Shown piece after piece: positions 52,785-64,000 of a DNA stretch of 64,000 nucleotides. Under the pieces are notes generated by a model. That model saw only the letters and a list, made by a program, of their open reading frames with translations, did not search any database and was not told the DNA's origin. This DNA is from Mobula hypostoma (Eukaryota). The translations under genes and the position numbers were made by a program. The stretch spans positions 248,001 through 312,000 of the forward strand of contig NW_026948140.1 of assembly GCF_963921235.1 (NCBI RefSeq), written 5' to 3'. Each line of letters opens with the position of its first letter. Position 1 is the first letter of the stretch.

Positions 52785-54745
52785 CATCCATTTTTATCAG
52801 CGGTTCAGGCAAGAGGAGTGTGTATTGGGTCAGAGCCCTACGGAAGTCAGGAAAGATGGTAAAAGGAGAACATTTGGGCATGGTGGGTCCTTTTGAACTG
52901 CACAGGTGTGGAAAATGTTGCTGTCAGAGTCCTACCAAAGCTGCAAATAAAAGGAGGGTAGCCTCAAGCGGACGGCCATTGTTTGAAGTGGCTATTGGTG
53001 GTGTGCGCCAGTGATAGTGTGAGGTCTTTTGCTTGAACAGGCAGAGGCACAGTTAAGAAAAAGTAAAGCTTTTTCTCTTTGGTATGAGTAGTCAGGATGG
53101 AACACTCCTCCTAACAGATGTGGGAATTTGGGATACCTGACAGTTTGTCCGATGGCTAAATCTGTAGGAAGTGAACTCATCTTCAGCATCTGACTGACTG
53201 GGTCAAGGAGTTAGATGTACTCAGGATCATTTGGAAGGCTGAAGATGTTACACACAAAGCTTTTGAAGAGGTGGTCACAGCTAGAGCACAGGCTTCAGGC
53301 AGTTGATGGGTGACCACCAGGAGAGGTAAGGAGATTAAGAAGTCAGTGCAGGGTTTCCCTGTGGCCATTCCCCACAGCAATAAGTATCTTCCATTGGATA
53401 CTGCTGGGGAGTATGACCCATCAGATTACAGCAGTAGTTGCCTGGCTGGTGGTACTGTGGCTGGCTTTGAGCCTTGACAGCAAAGGGTAAAGCCAGGCAG
53501 TGTGGTAGTTATAGAGGACTAGATAGTTAGGGGGACAAAAAGGAGATTTTGTGGCTGCAAAAGAATCACCAGAATGATGTGGTACCTTGCAGGTGCTGGG
53601 GTCCATGATGTATCAGAGTGGCCGCAGCATATGCTCAAGGGGGATGGGGAGCAGCCAGAGGTCATGGTGTATGACACAAGTGACACAGGCAGAGAAAGAG
53701 AAGAGGTCTTATTCTGTGAGAATCTGGAATTAGGAAAGAGGCTGAAGAGAAAGACCTCCAAGGTTGTAATATCTGGATTACTCCCTGTGCCACAGGCTAG
53801 TGTCGGTGAAACTGGGTGATAAGCACAGATGAATGAGTGACAGCAGGGGGCGGGCTTTCAAGTTCCTGGGTCCTTGGAACCTTCTCTGGGGAAGGGGTGA
53901 CCTCTACAAGAGGGATAGGTTCCAACTGAACAGGAGGAGAACCAATATCCTGGCCAGGAGATTTGATGATGCTTCTTGAGGGAGTTTAAACTAGTTTTCT
54001 TGGGGGCTAGGAACCAGAGCTCCAGGTCAGTAAAGGAAGGATCGGACCAGAAAGTAGATGTCAGGAAAAGTATTGAAAGGCAAAATTGACATAACAGTTA
54101 TGATGAGTCAGATAATTTGAGGTATGTATATTTTAAAGATAAGAGTATTATGGGTAAGGGTGATAAACTTAGAGCATGGATCAGTACATGGGACTATGAT
54201 GTAGCTATTACTAAAACTTGGTTCATAGAGGGGCAGAAATGGGTGATTAAGGTACCAAGTTTTCCAAGTTTTAGTAAAGATAGAGGAGGAAGTAAAAGAG
54301 GAGGTGGAGTTGCACAACTAATCAGGGACACAATATCACAACTGTACTCAGAGGAGACATAATGGAGGGGTCAGGGTCAGAAGGTGGAACTGAGGGAGAT
54401 TTGGGTGGAACTCAGGAGTAAGGAAGAGTGCAATCACACTGATGGGATTGCTGACCCCTTAATAGCCACTGGGATATTGAGAAGCAGGTATGTAATAAGA
54501 TTAAGGAAATATGTAAAAATAACAGGGTTGTTGTCATGGGGGATTTCGACTTCCCAAATATAAACTGGGGCCGTCTTAATGTAAGAGGTTTAGATGAGGC
54601 AGAATTTGCTAAGTGCATCCAGGAAGGGTTCTTAAATCAATATATGGACAGTCTAGCGAGAGGAGGGGCTATGTTGGACCTGGTGTTGGGTAATGACTCT
54701 GGCCAGGTGACTGACCTTCAGTGGATGAACAGTCAGGGGACAGTG
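52785..54745 (+). mobile_element. Old CR1 5' part (decayed ORF1 and APE)
   Basis: GEQPEVMVY (ORF 53574-53819), DKLRAWISTWDYDVA, MGDFDFPNINW. Confidence 0.75.
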
Positions 54746-55591
54746 ACCACAACTCTATCTTTCAGCATACAGGTGACAGGACTGTCAGGAGAGGGAAGGA
54801 GGAATGTCAGACAGTGGAGAGCACCCGTGTGGCCATCCCCCTCGACAACAAGTACTCCATTTTGAATACTGTTGGGGGGAGGGGTGACCTACCTGGAGGA
54901 AGCAACAGTGGATGTGCCTCTGGCACTGAGTCTGGCCCTGTGGCTTAGAAGGGTAGGGAACTAAAGAGGATGGCAGCAGTTGTAGACAGGGGACCAGATA
55001 GGTGATTCTGTGGATGCAAAAAGGAAACACGGATGGTAGCTTGCCTCCCAGGTGCCAAGGTCCAAGATGTTTCTGGACATGCCCACAATATCCTGATACG
55101 GGAGGGTGAGCAGCCAGAAATCGTAGTACATATTGGTACCAATGACATAAGAGGAAAAAGGGAGGAGATCCTGAAAAAAGAATACAGGGAGTTAGGAAGA
55201 AAGCTGAGAAGCAGGACCTCAAGGTTAATAATCTTAGGATTGCTTCCTGTGCCATGCAGCAGTGAGGGTAGGAATGGAACGAGGTGGCAGATAAATGGGT
55301 GGCTGAAGAATTGCAGCAGGGGGCAGGGTTTCAGATTTTTGGATAATTGGGACTTCTTCTGGGGTAGGTGTGATCTGTACAAAAGGGGTGGGTTGCACTT
55401 GAATTCTAAGGGGACCTATATTTTTGTTGGCAGATTTACTAGAGCTGTTGAGAATAGTTTAAACTAATATGGCAGGGGAATGGGAAACAGGATGAGCCTG
55501 CAGGTCTACAAATAGATGATGGGTGTAATATGAATGTAAGGAAGGACAAACCACTGATTGGGTCCAAATGCAGACAGAGCAAAGAGTTACA

Positions 55592-56767
55592 TTGAGGCGA
55601 GGACATGGCGAGGCCTGGGTCCCTCGAGGCGAGGACATGCCGAGGCCTGGGTCCCTCGAGGCGAGGACATGCCGAGGCCTGGGTCCCTCGAGGCGAGGAC
55701 ATGCCGAGGCCTGGGTCCCTCGAGGCGAGGACATGCCGAGGCCTGGGTCCCTCGAGGCGAGGACATGCCGAGGCCTGGGTCCCTCGAGGCTTCGGTATGG
55801 ACTCCGAGCCAGAGACTGGGCAAGGACCCAGAACCTGGGTCTTGACTTGGGCTCGGACTCCAGAACTAGACGAAGACATGACGTGGCTACAGGACTGGAC
55901 GTGGAGCTCCTGCACAGGACGAGGCACATGGACAAGGCGAGGTTCTTGGACGTGGCTTGGACAGGGCGAGGGAACCCCAGCACCTGGCTAGGCGTGGTAC
56001 TCCTGGGTTGGGTGAGGCACATGGACAGGACGAGAACACGAAGCCTTGACTAGGTCGAGGGAAACAGGAACACAGAGCCTTGGTCTTTGGAGACAGAAAC
56101 GCAGAACCTCGGTTGAGGGAGGACAGGAATGCAGAGCCTTGGTCTTGAGAGGACAGGAACACAGAGACGTGGAACACAGGGCCAGGACCGCTCCTCGGGA
56201 ACAGGACTTGGGGCCAGGGCTCTACAGAGTCAGGACCCTTCCTAGGGAGCAGGACGTAGGGCCGGGACTCGTACACAGAACACAGAGAGACAGTTCTCAA
56301 CACAAGGTAGCAGCAAGTGGCCGGACCTACCTAGCGAAGGCGTGGACACAGATTTGGTTCCCAACACAAGGTAGTGGCAAATGGCCAGACCTACCTAGTG
56401 AAGGCGTGGACACAGAGAGATAGTTCCAAACAACGACAGACAGTTTCTTATCCTGACATAACAAGGCTCCGGTCTTGCTCCGACGGTTGAACTTGACAGT
56501 GGAGCAGGCGAAGGTTGCAGGCAAGGCAAGGCTTGCAGGTGAGGCAGGGCAAGGTTTCAGGAGGAAGGGACCAAAAAGGGATTCAGACAGGGGGCTTTGA
56601 CAGGAACAATCCAGCAACTGAAGCTGAACCAAGGAAGCTGAAGCTGAACCAAGGAGCTATTTATGTAGCCAGCCCAAAATGTGAATCAGCTGCCTCAATT
56701 AGAGCACCCAATAGAAAAAGGGAAAACCAGAAAACCTGGAATACGGAATGATGGACCGGACGTTACG
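55592..56767 (-). mobile_element. LTR-like non-coding element containing a minisatellite
   Basis: Minus strand begins cgtaacgtcc (a TGTAAC-like LTR start); ~55-bp internal duplication at 56298 and 56363; distal end missing together with part of the CR1 APE. Confidence 0.5.
55594..55790. repeat. 32-bp minisatellite, 6 copies plus 5 bp
   Basis: Unit gaggcgaggacatgccgaggcctgggtccctc, head to tail, with one substitution in unit 1. Confidence 0.95.
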
Positions 56768-58415
56768 AGACTGCAAGGGTAAAAAACCATTATGTAAATC
56801 ATATATAGACCTCCAATAGTAGCCAAGGTGTTGAGATTGTAAAGGGAGCTGGAAAAGGCATGTAATAAGGATAATGACACAATTGTAATGGGGGGACTTC
56901 AATATGCAAGGGGATTGGGAGAATCAGGTTGGTATCAGATCGCAAAAGAGGTCATTTGTTGAATGCCTATGAATGGCTTTTTAGAGCAGCTTGTGCTTGA
57001 GCCTAGTTGGGGAAAAGTTATCTTAGATTGGGTGTTGTATAATAACCCAGATCTTATTAGGGAGCTTAACATAAAAAACCATTAGGAGGCAGTGATCATA
57101 ATATGGTTGAATTCATATTGCAATTTGAGAGGGAGAAACATCACACACATGAATCTGTATTGTAATGGAATAAAGGGAATTACAGAGGCATGAGAGAGGA
57201 GCTAGCCCAGATGGATTGCAAGGGGATACTGGCGGGGATGACAGCAAAGCCAAGATGGCTGAAGTTTTTGGGAACAGTTCTAAAGGCACAGGATAGATAT
57301 GTCCCATAGAGGAAGAAGTTCTCAAACGGCAGGGGTAGGAAACCATGGCTGACAAAGGAAGTTAAGGACTGCATAAAAGCAAAAGAAAAGACATATAAGG
57401 TTAGCAAAAGTGAGTGGGAAGTTGGATGATTAGGAAGCTTTTAAAATCCAACAAAAGATAACTAAAAAAATATAAGAAGGTAAAAGGTGAAATATAAGGG
57501 CAAACTAGCCAATAATATAAAGCAGGATACCAAATGTTTTTTTCAGTTATATAAAGAATAAAAGGGATAGTTGATATTAGACCACTGGAAAATGATGCTG
57601 GTGAGGTAGTAATATGGAACAAAGAAACGTCAGATGAACTTAATGGGTACTTTTCAACTGTCTTTGCTGTAGAAGACACTAGCAGTGTGCCAGAGGTCTG
57701 TGACTGTCAGGGAGCAGGAGAGAGTGCCATTGTTATTATAAAGGAAAAGCTACTAGGCAAACTGAAAGGTGTTAAGGTGGATAAGTCACCTGGGCCAGAT
57801 AGACTACATCCCAAAGTCCTGAGAGAGGTTGCTGAAGAGATAACAGATACATTGGTCATGATTTTTCAAGAGTCACTTGACTCTGGCATGGTCCCAGAGG
57901 ACTGGAAGATTGCAAATGTCACTTTACTATTTAGGAAGGGAGGACGGCAAAAGAAAGGGGATTGTAGGCCAGTTAGCCTAACCTCAGTGGTTGGGAAAGT
58001 GTTGGAGTCTGTTGGATGAGGTTTCGAGGTACTTGGAGACTAATAATAAAATAAATCAAAGTCAACAGGGTTTCTGTGAAGGGAAATCTTGCCTGACAAA
58101 TCTGTTAGGGTTCTTCGAGGAAGTAACATGCAGGGTGGACAGAGGAGAGGTAGTGGATGTCATTTACTTAGATTATCAGAAGGCGTTTGACAAGGTGCCA
58201 CACATGAGGCTGTTTAATAAGATAAAATCCTGTGGCATTACAGGAAAGATGCTGGCATGGATAATGAAATGGCTGACAGGCAGGAGGCAGCGAGTGTGAA
58301 TAAAGGAGGCCTTTTCTGGTTGTCTACCGGTGACTCATGGTGTTCCTCAGGGGTCAGTATTGGGACAGCTGCTTTTCAAATTGTTTGTCAATAATTTAGA
58401 TAATGGAATTGATAT

Positions 58416-61400
58416 TTCTAATTTCCGGATTTTTTCCCATATCCCTTGATACCCTGACTAGTTAGATACCTATCAATCTCCTCCTTAAACACCCTCAATG
58501 ATCGGGCCTCCACAGTTGTATGTGGCAATGAATTCCATAAATCCACGACCCCCTGGCTCAAAAATGTTCTCCTCATCTCTGTTTTAAATGGGTACCCCCT
58601 AATTCTAAGACTGTGGCCACTTGTCCTGGACTCACCCACCAAGGGAAACAGCCTTTCCACATCTACTATGTCCAACCCTTTCAACATTTGAAATGTTTCT
58701 GTGAGAGCCCTCTCATCCTTCTATACTCTAATGAATACAGTCCAAGAGCCAACAAACACTCCTCATTCCAGGAATCATCCTTGTAAATCTTCTCTGAACT
58801 CTCTCCAACATCAGTACAGATCTTCTAAGATAGGTGGCCCAAAACTACACACGGTATTCCAAATGAGGCCTCACCAGTGCCCCATAGAGCCTCATCAACA
58901 CCTCCTTACTCTTATACACTATTCCTCTTGAAATGAATGCCAACATAGCATTCACTTTCCTTACTACCGATCCAACCTGGTGGTTAACCTTTAGGGTATC
59001 CTGCACGAGGAACCCCAGGTCCCTTTGCACTTCCGATTTTTGAATTTTCTCCCCATCTAAATAATAACCTGCCCGATTATTTCTTCTTCCAAAATGTACA
59101 ACCGTACATTTTTCAACACTGTATTTCATCTGCCATTTCTTTGCCCACTCTCCTAATCTGACCAAGTCTCTCAGCAATCTTTCCATTTCTTCAACACTTC
59201 CTGCTCCTCCACCTATCTTGGTGTCATCCACAAATTTAGGCACAAAACCATTTATCCATTATCTAAATCATTGATATACATTGTAAAAAGAAGCGGCCCC
59301 AACACCGACCCCTGCGGAACGCCACTAGTAACCAGCAACCAATCAGAATAGGATCCCTTTATTCCCACCCTTTGCTTTCTGCCTATCAGCCAATGCTCCG
59401 CCCATTCCAATATCTTTCCTGTAATTCCATGGGCTCTCATCTTATTAAGCAGCCTCTTATGCAGCACCTTATCAAAGGCCTTTTGAAAATCTAAATACAC
59501 AACATCCATAGCCTCTCCCCTGTCAATCTTATTTGAGATTACCTCAAAAAATTCCAATAGGTTGACGAGGCAGGATCTTCCCCTCATGAAACCATGCTGG
59601 CTTGGGCCTATCTTGTCATGCACCTCGAGGTATTTCATAACCTCGTCCTTGAGGATCGACTCCAATAACTTTCCAACTACTGATGTCAGACTAATAGGTC
59701 TGTAATTTTCTTATTGCTGCCTCCCTCCTTTCTTAAACAGCGGAACTACATTTGCGACCTTCCAGTCCTCCGGAACCGTGCCAGAATCTATTGATTCCTG
59801 GAAGATCATTTCCAATGCCTCCACAATCTCCAAAGCCACCACCTTCAGAACCCGTGGGTGCACCTCATCCGGTCCGGGAGACTTATCTATTCTTAGTCCA
59901 TTTAGCTTCCCAAGCACTTTCTCTCTAGTAATCTTGACTGTACCTAATTCTATTCCCTGAGACCTCTGGCTATCAGGTATGTTGCTAATGTCTTCCACTG
60001 TGAAGACTGATGCAAAATACTCATTTAGTTCCTCTGCCATCTCTTTGTTACCCATTATAATATCTCCAGCATCGTTTTCAATCGGTCCTATATCTACCCG
60101 TGCCACTCTTTTACTCTTCATATATTTAATAAAACTCTTAGTATCCTTTTTTATGTTAATCGCCAACTTCCTTTCATAATTCATCTTTTCTTTCCTAATG
60201 ACTTTCTTAGTTTCCTTCTGTAAGTTTTTAAAAGTCGTCCATTTCTCAGTTTTCCCACTAATTTTTGCTTCCTTGTACGCCGTCTATTTGCTTTTATTTT
60301 AGCCTTAACCTCTCTCGTTAACCACATTTGTGCCATTTTTCCATTCATGATTTTCTTTTTTCTTGGAATATATATTTTCCTGCACTTTCCTTATTTATTG
60401 TAGGAATTTCATCCAATTCTGCTCTACCATCCCTCCATCTAGCTTACTTTTCCAGTCGACTTGGGCCAGTTCCTCTCTCATACCACTGTAATTTCCTTTA
60501 TTCCACTGAAATATTGATACACCTGATACCAGCTTCTCCTTTTCAAATTTGAAACTGAACTCAATCATATTATGATCACTACTTCCAAGGGGTTCCATTA
60601 CCTCCAGCTCAATAAAGTACGACTATGACTATGACTAATCACCTCAGGTTCATTACACAGCACCCAATCCAAAACAGCCGGTCCCCTGGTGGGCTTATGG
60701 ATAAGCTGCTCTAAAAAGCCATCCCGTAGGCATTCTACAAACTCCTCTCCTAAGATCCAGTACCTTCCTGACTTTCCCAATCCACTTTCATATTAAAATC
60801 CCCCATAAATATCTTGACATTTTCCTTCTGACACGCTTTTTCTATTTCCAGCTGTAACTTGAGTTCCTCATCCCAGCTGCTGTTTGTAGGCCTGTATATA
60901 ACTGCTATTAGTGTCTTTTTATCCATTTCTTAACTCAACCCATAAGGATTCTACCTCTTCTGATCCTATGTCCCTTCTTTCTAGTGATTTGATATCATTG
61001 CTTACCATCAGGGCCACGCCACCCCCTTTACCTACCTTCCTATCTTTCCTATACACTGTGTATCCTTGGACATTCAGCTCCCAATCACATCCATCATTTA
61101 GCCATGACTCGGTGATGGCCACAATGTCATATCTTTTAACCTGTAGCTGTACAACAAGGTTATCCACTTTATTTCTAATGCTGCGTGCATTTAAGTACAG
61201 TACATTTAGATCAGTATCTGTTACCGATTTTGCTATATTTCTATTGCACAGCAAATTATCCTGTCTATTCACCTGCCAGTCTTTCTTGCGATCTTTGCTG
61301 CACAGTATCTTAGAGTTATTTCTATTTTCCTCTTCCTCGACCCTAACACCCTTCCCCTTGCCAACTTAGTTTAAACCCTCCATAACAGCTATATCAAACA

Positions 61401-62106
61401 ATCCCGCCAGGATATTAGTACCCTTTGAGTTCAGGTGTAACCCATCGTTTTTGTATAAGTCATACCTCCCCCAAAATAGATCCCAATGATTCAAGAATTT
61501 GAAGCCCTGTCCCCTGCACCAGTTACTTAGCCACACATTCATCTGCTTAACTCTACTATTCTTACCTTCATTAGCGTGCAGCTCAGGCAGCAATCCTGAG
61601 ATTATTACTCTGGAGGTCCGGCTTTTCAATTTTCTTCCTAGCTCCCAGTAATCTTCCTTCAGGACCTCCTCTCTTTTTCTGTCTATGTCATTGGTACCAA
61701 CATGTACCAAGACTTCTGGCTGCTCGCCCTCTCCCCTCAGAATACTCTGGACCCAATCTGAGACATCCTGTACCTGGGCACCAGGGAGGCAACACACCAT
61801 CCGGGTATCCTTGTCCGGCTCGCAGAATCTCTTGGCTGTTTTCCTCACTATGGAATCCCCTATAATTGCTGCATTTCTCCTTGCTCTCTTGATCATGACA
61901 CTGGGCAGAGTGTCAGAGTCCTGTTCGCTGTTGTCTTCCTCTGTCAGTTCAACCTCTCCAACAGTATCTAAAACGATATATTGATTTCTGAGGGGGACTG
62001 TCACAGAGGTTCTGTCCACTATCTCTCTATAGGTATTATCAATCACCTCCTCACTTTCCCTAATTAGCTGAAGGTCATCAAGTTGTAGCTCCAGATCCCT
62101 AACACT
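58416..62106 (-). mobile_element. CR1 subfamily E, truncated in ORF1
   Basis: ORF1 esterase (IIGDSIV, HVGTND) in 61366-62106; APE 60919-61272; RT 59711-60184, 59252-59665, 58845-59243 and 58418-58687. Confidence 0.93.
60609..60637 (+). mobile_element. Ultra-short Rex1-like tail insertion
   Basis: tcaataaagtacgactatgactatgacta matches the 3' terminus of the element at 8407-8925. Confidence 0.75.
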
Positions 62107-63282
62107 AGGATGAAGAAACCAGATCAACAATACAAGGAAAGAATACAAAATGCAGAGCTTTTTCTGCGACTGGAGACAGAACAAGTGGAAAAGAATTATA
62201 TTAAAGAGAAGAAAGCAACAGTGAAGGAATTTGAAGATAAAAAGATTGAATTAGAAGAAAAGAAAAAGTTGATTGAGAATGAGAGGCTAACAATGGAACT
62301 TACAGGAGATTCTATGGAGGTAAAGCCAATAATGACTAGGAAACTAAGGAGGAGACGTAATGACCCTGCTCCAATTACAGACAAAAGACGAAAACCTGCA
62401 CCTGCGCAGATAAATTACTTGTTAACAGATGAACAGATAATGGAAGATCTGCGAACTCTCAATAAGCTTAAATCTCCGAAAAGACCAGCATCTCCATCTT
62501 CTCCTGAGCATCTTCCCAGCACTCCTGCTGAATCACCAGCACAAAGATATGAAGCACGAATAGAAGATGAAAAGTTATATTATGATAAGAGATGGTATCA
62601 TAAAGGTCAGGCTATCTATTTGGAATCTAAGGAGAATACAAAGACTGGCTATGTAGTTAGCTCAGTTGGAATAAATGAGATATGGGTAAGGAAGACGAGT
62701 GATAGCACAAAGGTGTGTATATATCTAGGACAGTTGTACAGAGGAGTCTTCATTATATAGAGGCATTCTGCTGCCTAGAACTCTTAGCAAGTTGGAGGCA
62801 CACATCTTCTTAACTCCCTATGCTCAGAGGTCAACTGTTCATGACTTTTATATGGAAATCCATATTAAAACAAACAAGTTTATTGACAGACTGAAGAACA
62901 CACTATTTGAAGATACTTTCCAATGCCATCTCAGTTTTGGTGATTGTACATATTTTTAAGAATAACATTCACCTTTTCACGGATTTCACTTTGCTTTCGT
63001 CATCTTTGCAAGATGGAGGTGACCATTCTTTATGGCTGGAACCTGCCAATTTGTGGATTGTTCAATTTATTCCAGACAATAGAGTGAAGACCTATTTGCT
63101 TCAGTCCCGGACAATCTAGAGAAGACCCCCCCCCCCCGAGACTTGAGCTATAAATGGGTCTTAGACCAAAAGTTTTAAAAAAAAGGCTTCTTGTAATTCA
63201 ATATTATTACATTACTTTGTTATAATTTGATAATATTAAGTTGCTAAGTAAACAAAAATTGTAGGCATTTGTATGTTAAGGG
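62107..63282 (+). pseudogene. SUDS3: SUDS3 (Sin3-HDAC complex subunit SDS3) processed retrocopy, 5'-truncated, with probable 3'UTR
   Basis: Intronless ORF 62110-62760 matches vertebrate SUDS3 as I recall it ([58 protein letters not shown]). N-terminus absent, KENLIAEL missing, premature TAG before RHSAA* (62761-62778). Right boundary uncertain. Confidence 0.92.
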
Positions 63283-63288
63283 TTGTTT

Positions 63289-63545
63289 GTTGTTGTTGTT
63301 GTTGTTGTTCGTCCTTCGTAGTCGAAGATGACCATGGCTTCAAAGTCAAATGGGAGATTGGTGGCTGTGGGTCCGGAGGTGACTGATGAGGCCAGTCCGG
63401 GCCCTGAAGGCTCGCCCACATGTGGGACACAAGTGGGTGGGTGCTGGCGTGGCAGTGGATGCTGCTCGAGCCTTGCGCACAGCACGCTTTCGTTGCGCCT
63501 CGATGATGCGCCTGACTTCAGCTGCCCGGGCTCCTGTGGTGATCT
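63289..63545 (-). mobile_element. RTE-clade LINE 3' end with (caa)n tail
   Basis: Minus-strand translation EAQRKRAVRKAR...CPTCGRAFRARTGLISHLRTH (terminal C2H2 finger); possible TSD ttgttt at 63283-63288 and 63548-63553. Confidence 0.82.
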
Positions 63546-64000
63546 ATTTGTTTAGCATAATGCCACAGTAAAAAAAAACAGATGATACAATATTAAAATA
63601 AAAGGGGAGGAGTGTACCGTATAGCCTACATTATGAAAGAGACTACTTTATGTTTCAGTAACACATCGTTGTATGTGTTTTTTGGCGCGTATTGAGCATG
63701 CGCTATTAGATGTGTATGGCTCTGTATATATGTGTGCTGAGTTCGGATTCTACCAGCAAAGAACCATAAAACCATAAACTCCCCATCTCCAGCGTTTTTA
63801 TTAATAGCATTGTTGTGTAACCAGGCCACATTCACAACATTTTTCTTTATCTTTATCCACACTTTTCTTTTTCACTTTATCCATGCTTCTCCAATCTGTT
63901 GAACACACCCCCATACTACTTAGTTTGGAGCCCTGTCCACAGCCCTGGTTATGTGATTTGCTCGGATCAGGTCCCATCGCGGTTCAAGTGGAGTGCATCC

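Larger units (their letters stand above)
54750..58415 (+). mobile_element. CR1 (ORF1 54750-55467; ORF2 56768-58415) interrupted by an LTR-like element, 3' end lost
   Basis: Esterase ORF 55033-55467; RT ORFs 57687-58019 and 57991-58299. Confidence 0.8.

Noticed and set aside
55594..55790. CRISPR-like array of ~32-bp repeats
   Set aside because: Units are contiguous with no spacers, there are no cas genes and the context is eukaryotic; it is a minisatellite. The overlapping repetitive ORFs are by-products.
1100..60552. Many antisense and alternate-frame ORFs recurring across the window
   Set aside because: They recur only because the underlying CR1 and Penelope copies are homologous; there is no independent coding evidence.
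63560..64000. Possible IFITM exon 2 or other host exon (ORF 63626-63862)
   Set aside because: No SRDRK or transmembrane pattern; it may be further SUDS3 3'UTR or unassigned sequence.

Overview
Eukaryotic (vertebrate) genomic DNA made almost entirely of nested transposable elements. The repeat families suggest a cartilaginous fish such as a ray; this is inference, not a database match. Most of the window is CR1-clade LINEs of several subfamilies (ORF1 with zinc finger and SGNH esterase; ORF2 with APE and RT). Also present: Penelope-like GIY-YIG retroelements, Rex1/Babar fragments, two Nimb/I-clade elements, an R4/Dong-type RLE end, an RTE 3' end, a decayed Gypsy pol, an internally deleted Tigger/pogo transposon, LTR-like pieces and a two-copy ~0.7 kb non-coding retroposon. 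Two host-derived sequences are recognisable: coding exon 1 of an IFITM/dispanin (CD225) gene (24538-24696, minus; no exon 2 found in the window) and a 5'-truncated intronless SUDS3 retrocopy. The most interesting structured signal is a set of minimal hammerhead ribozymes in the Penelope terminal repeats, including fold-back copies and a fragment that starts at the predicted cleavage site. Such ribozymes are known for Penelope elements in general. I see no convincing wholly new system; the best novelty candidates are the non-coding retroposon and two small inserts in CR1 ORF1. CR1 subfamily labels A-E are my own. Boundaries are read by eye and are approximate unless a TSD is quoted.
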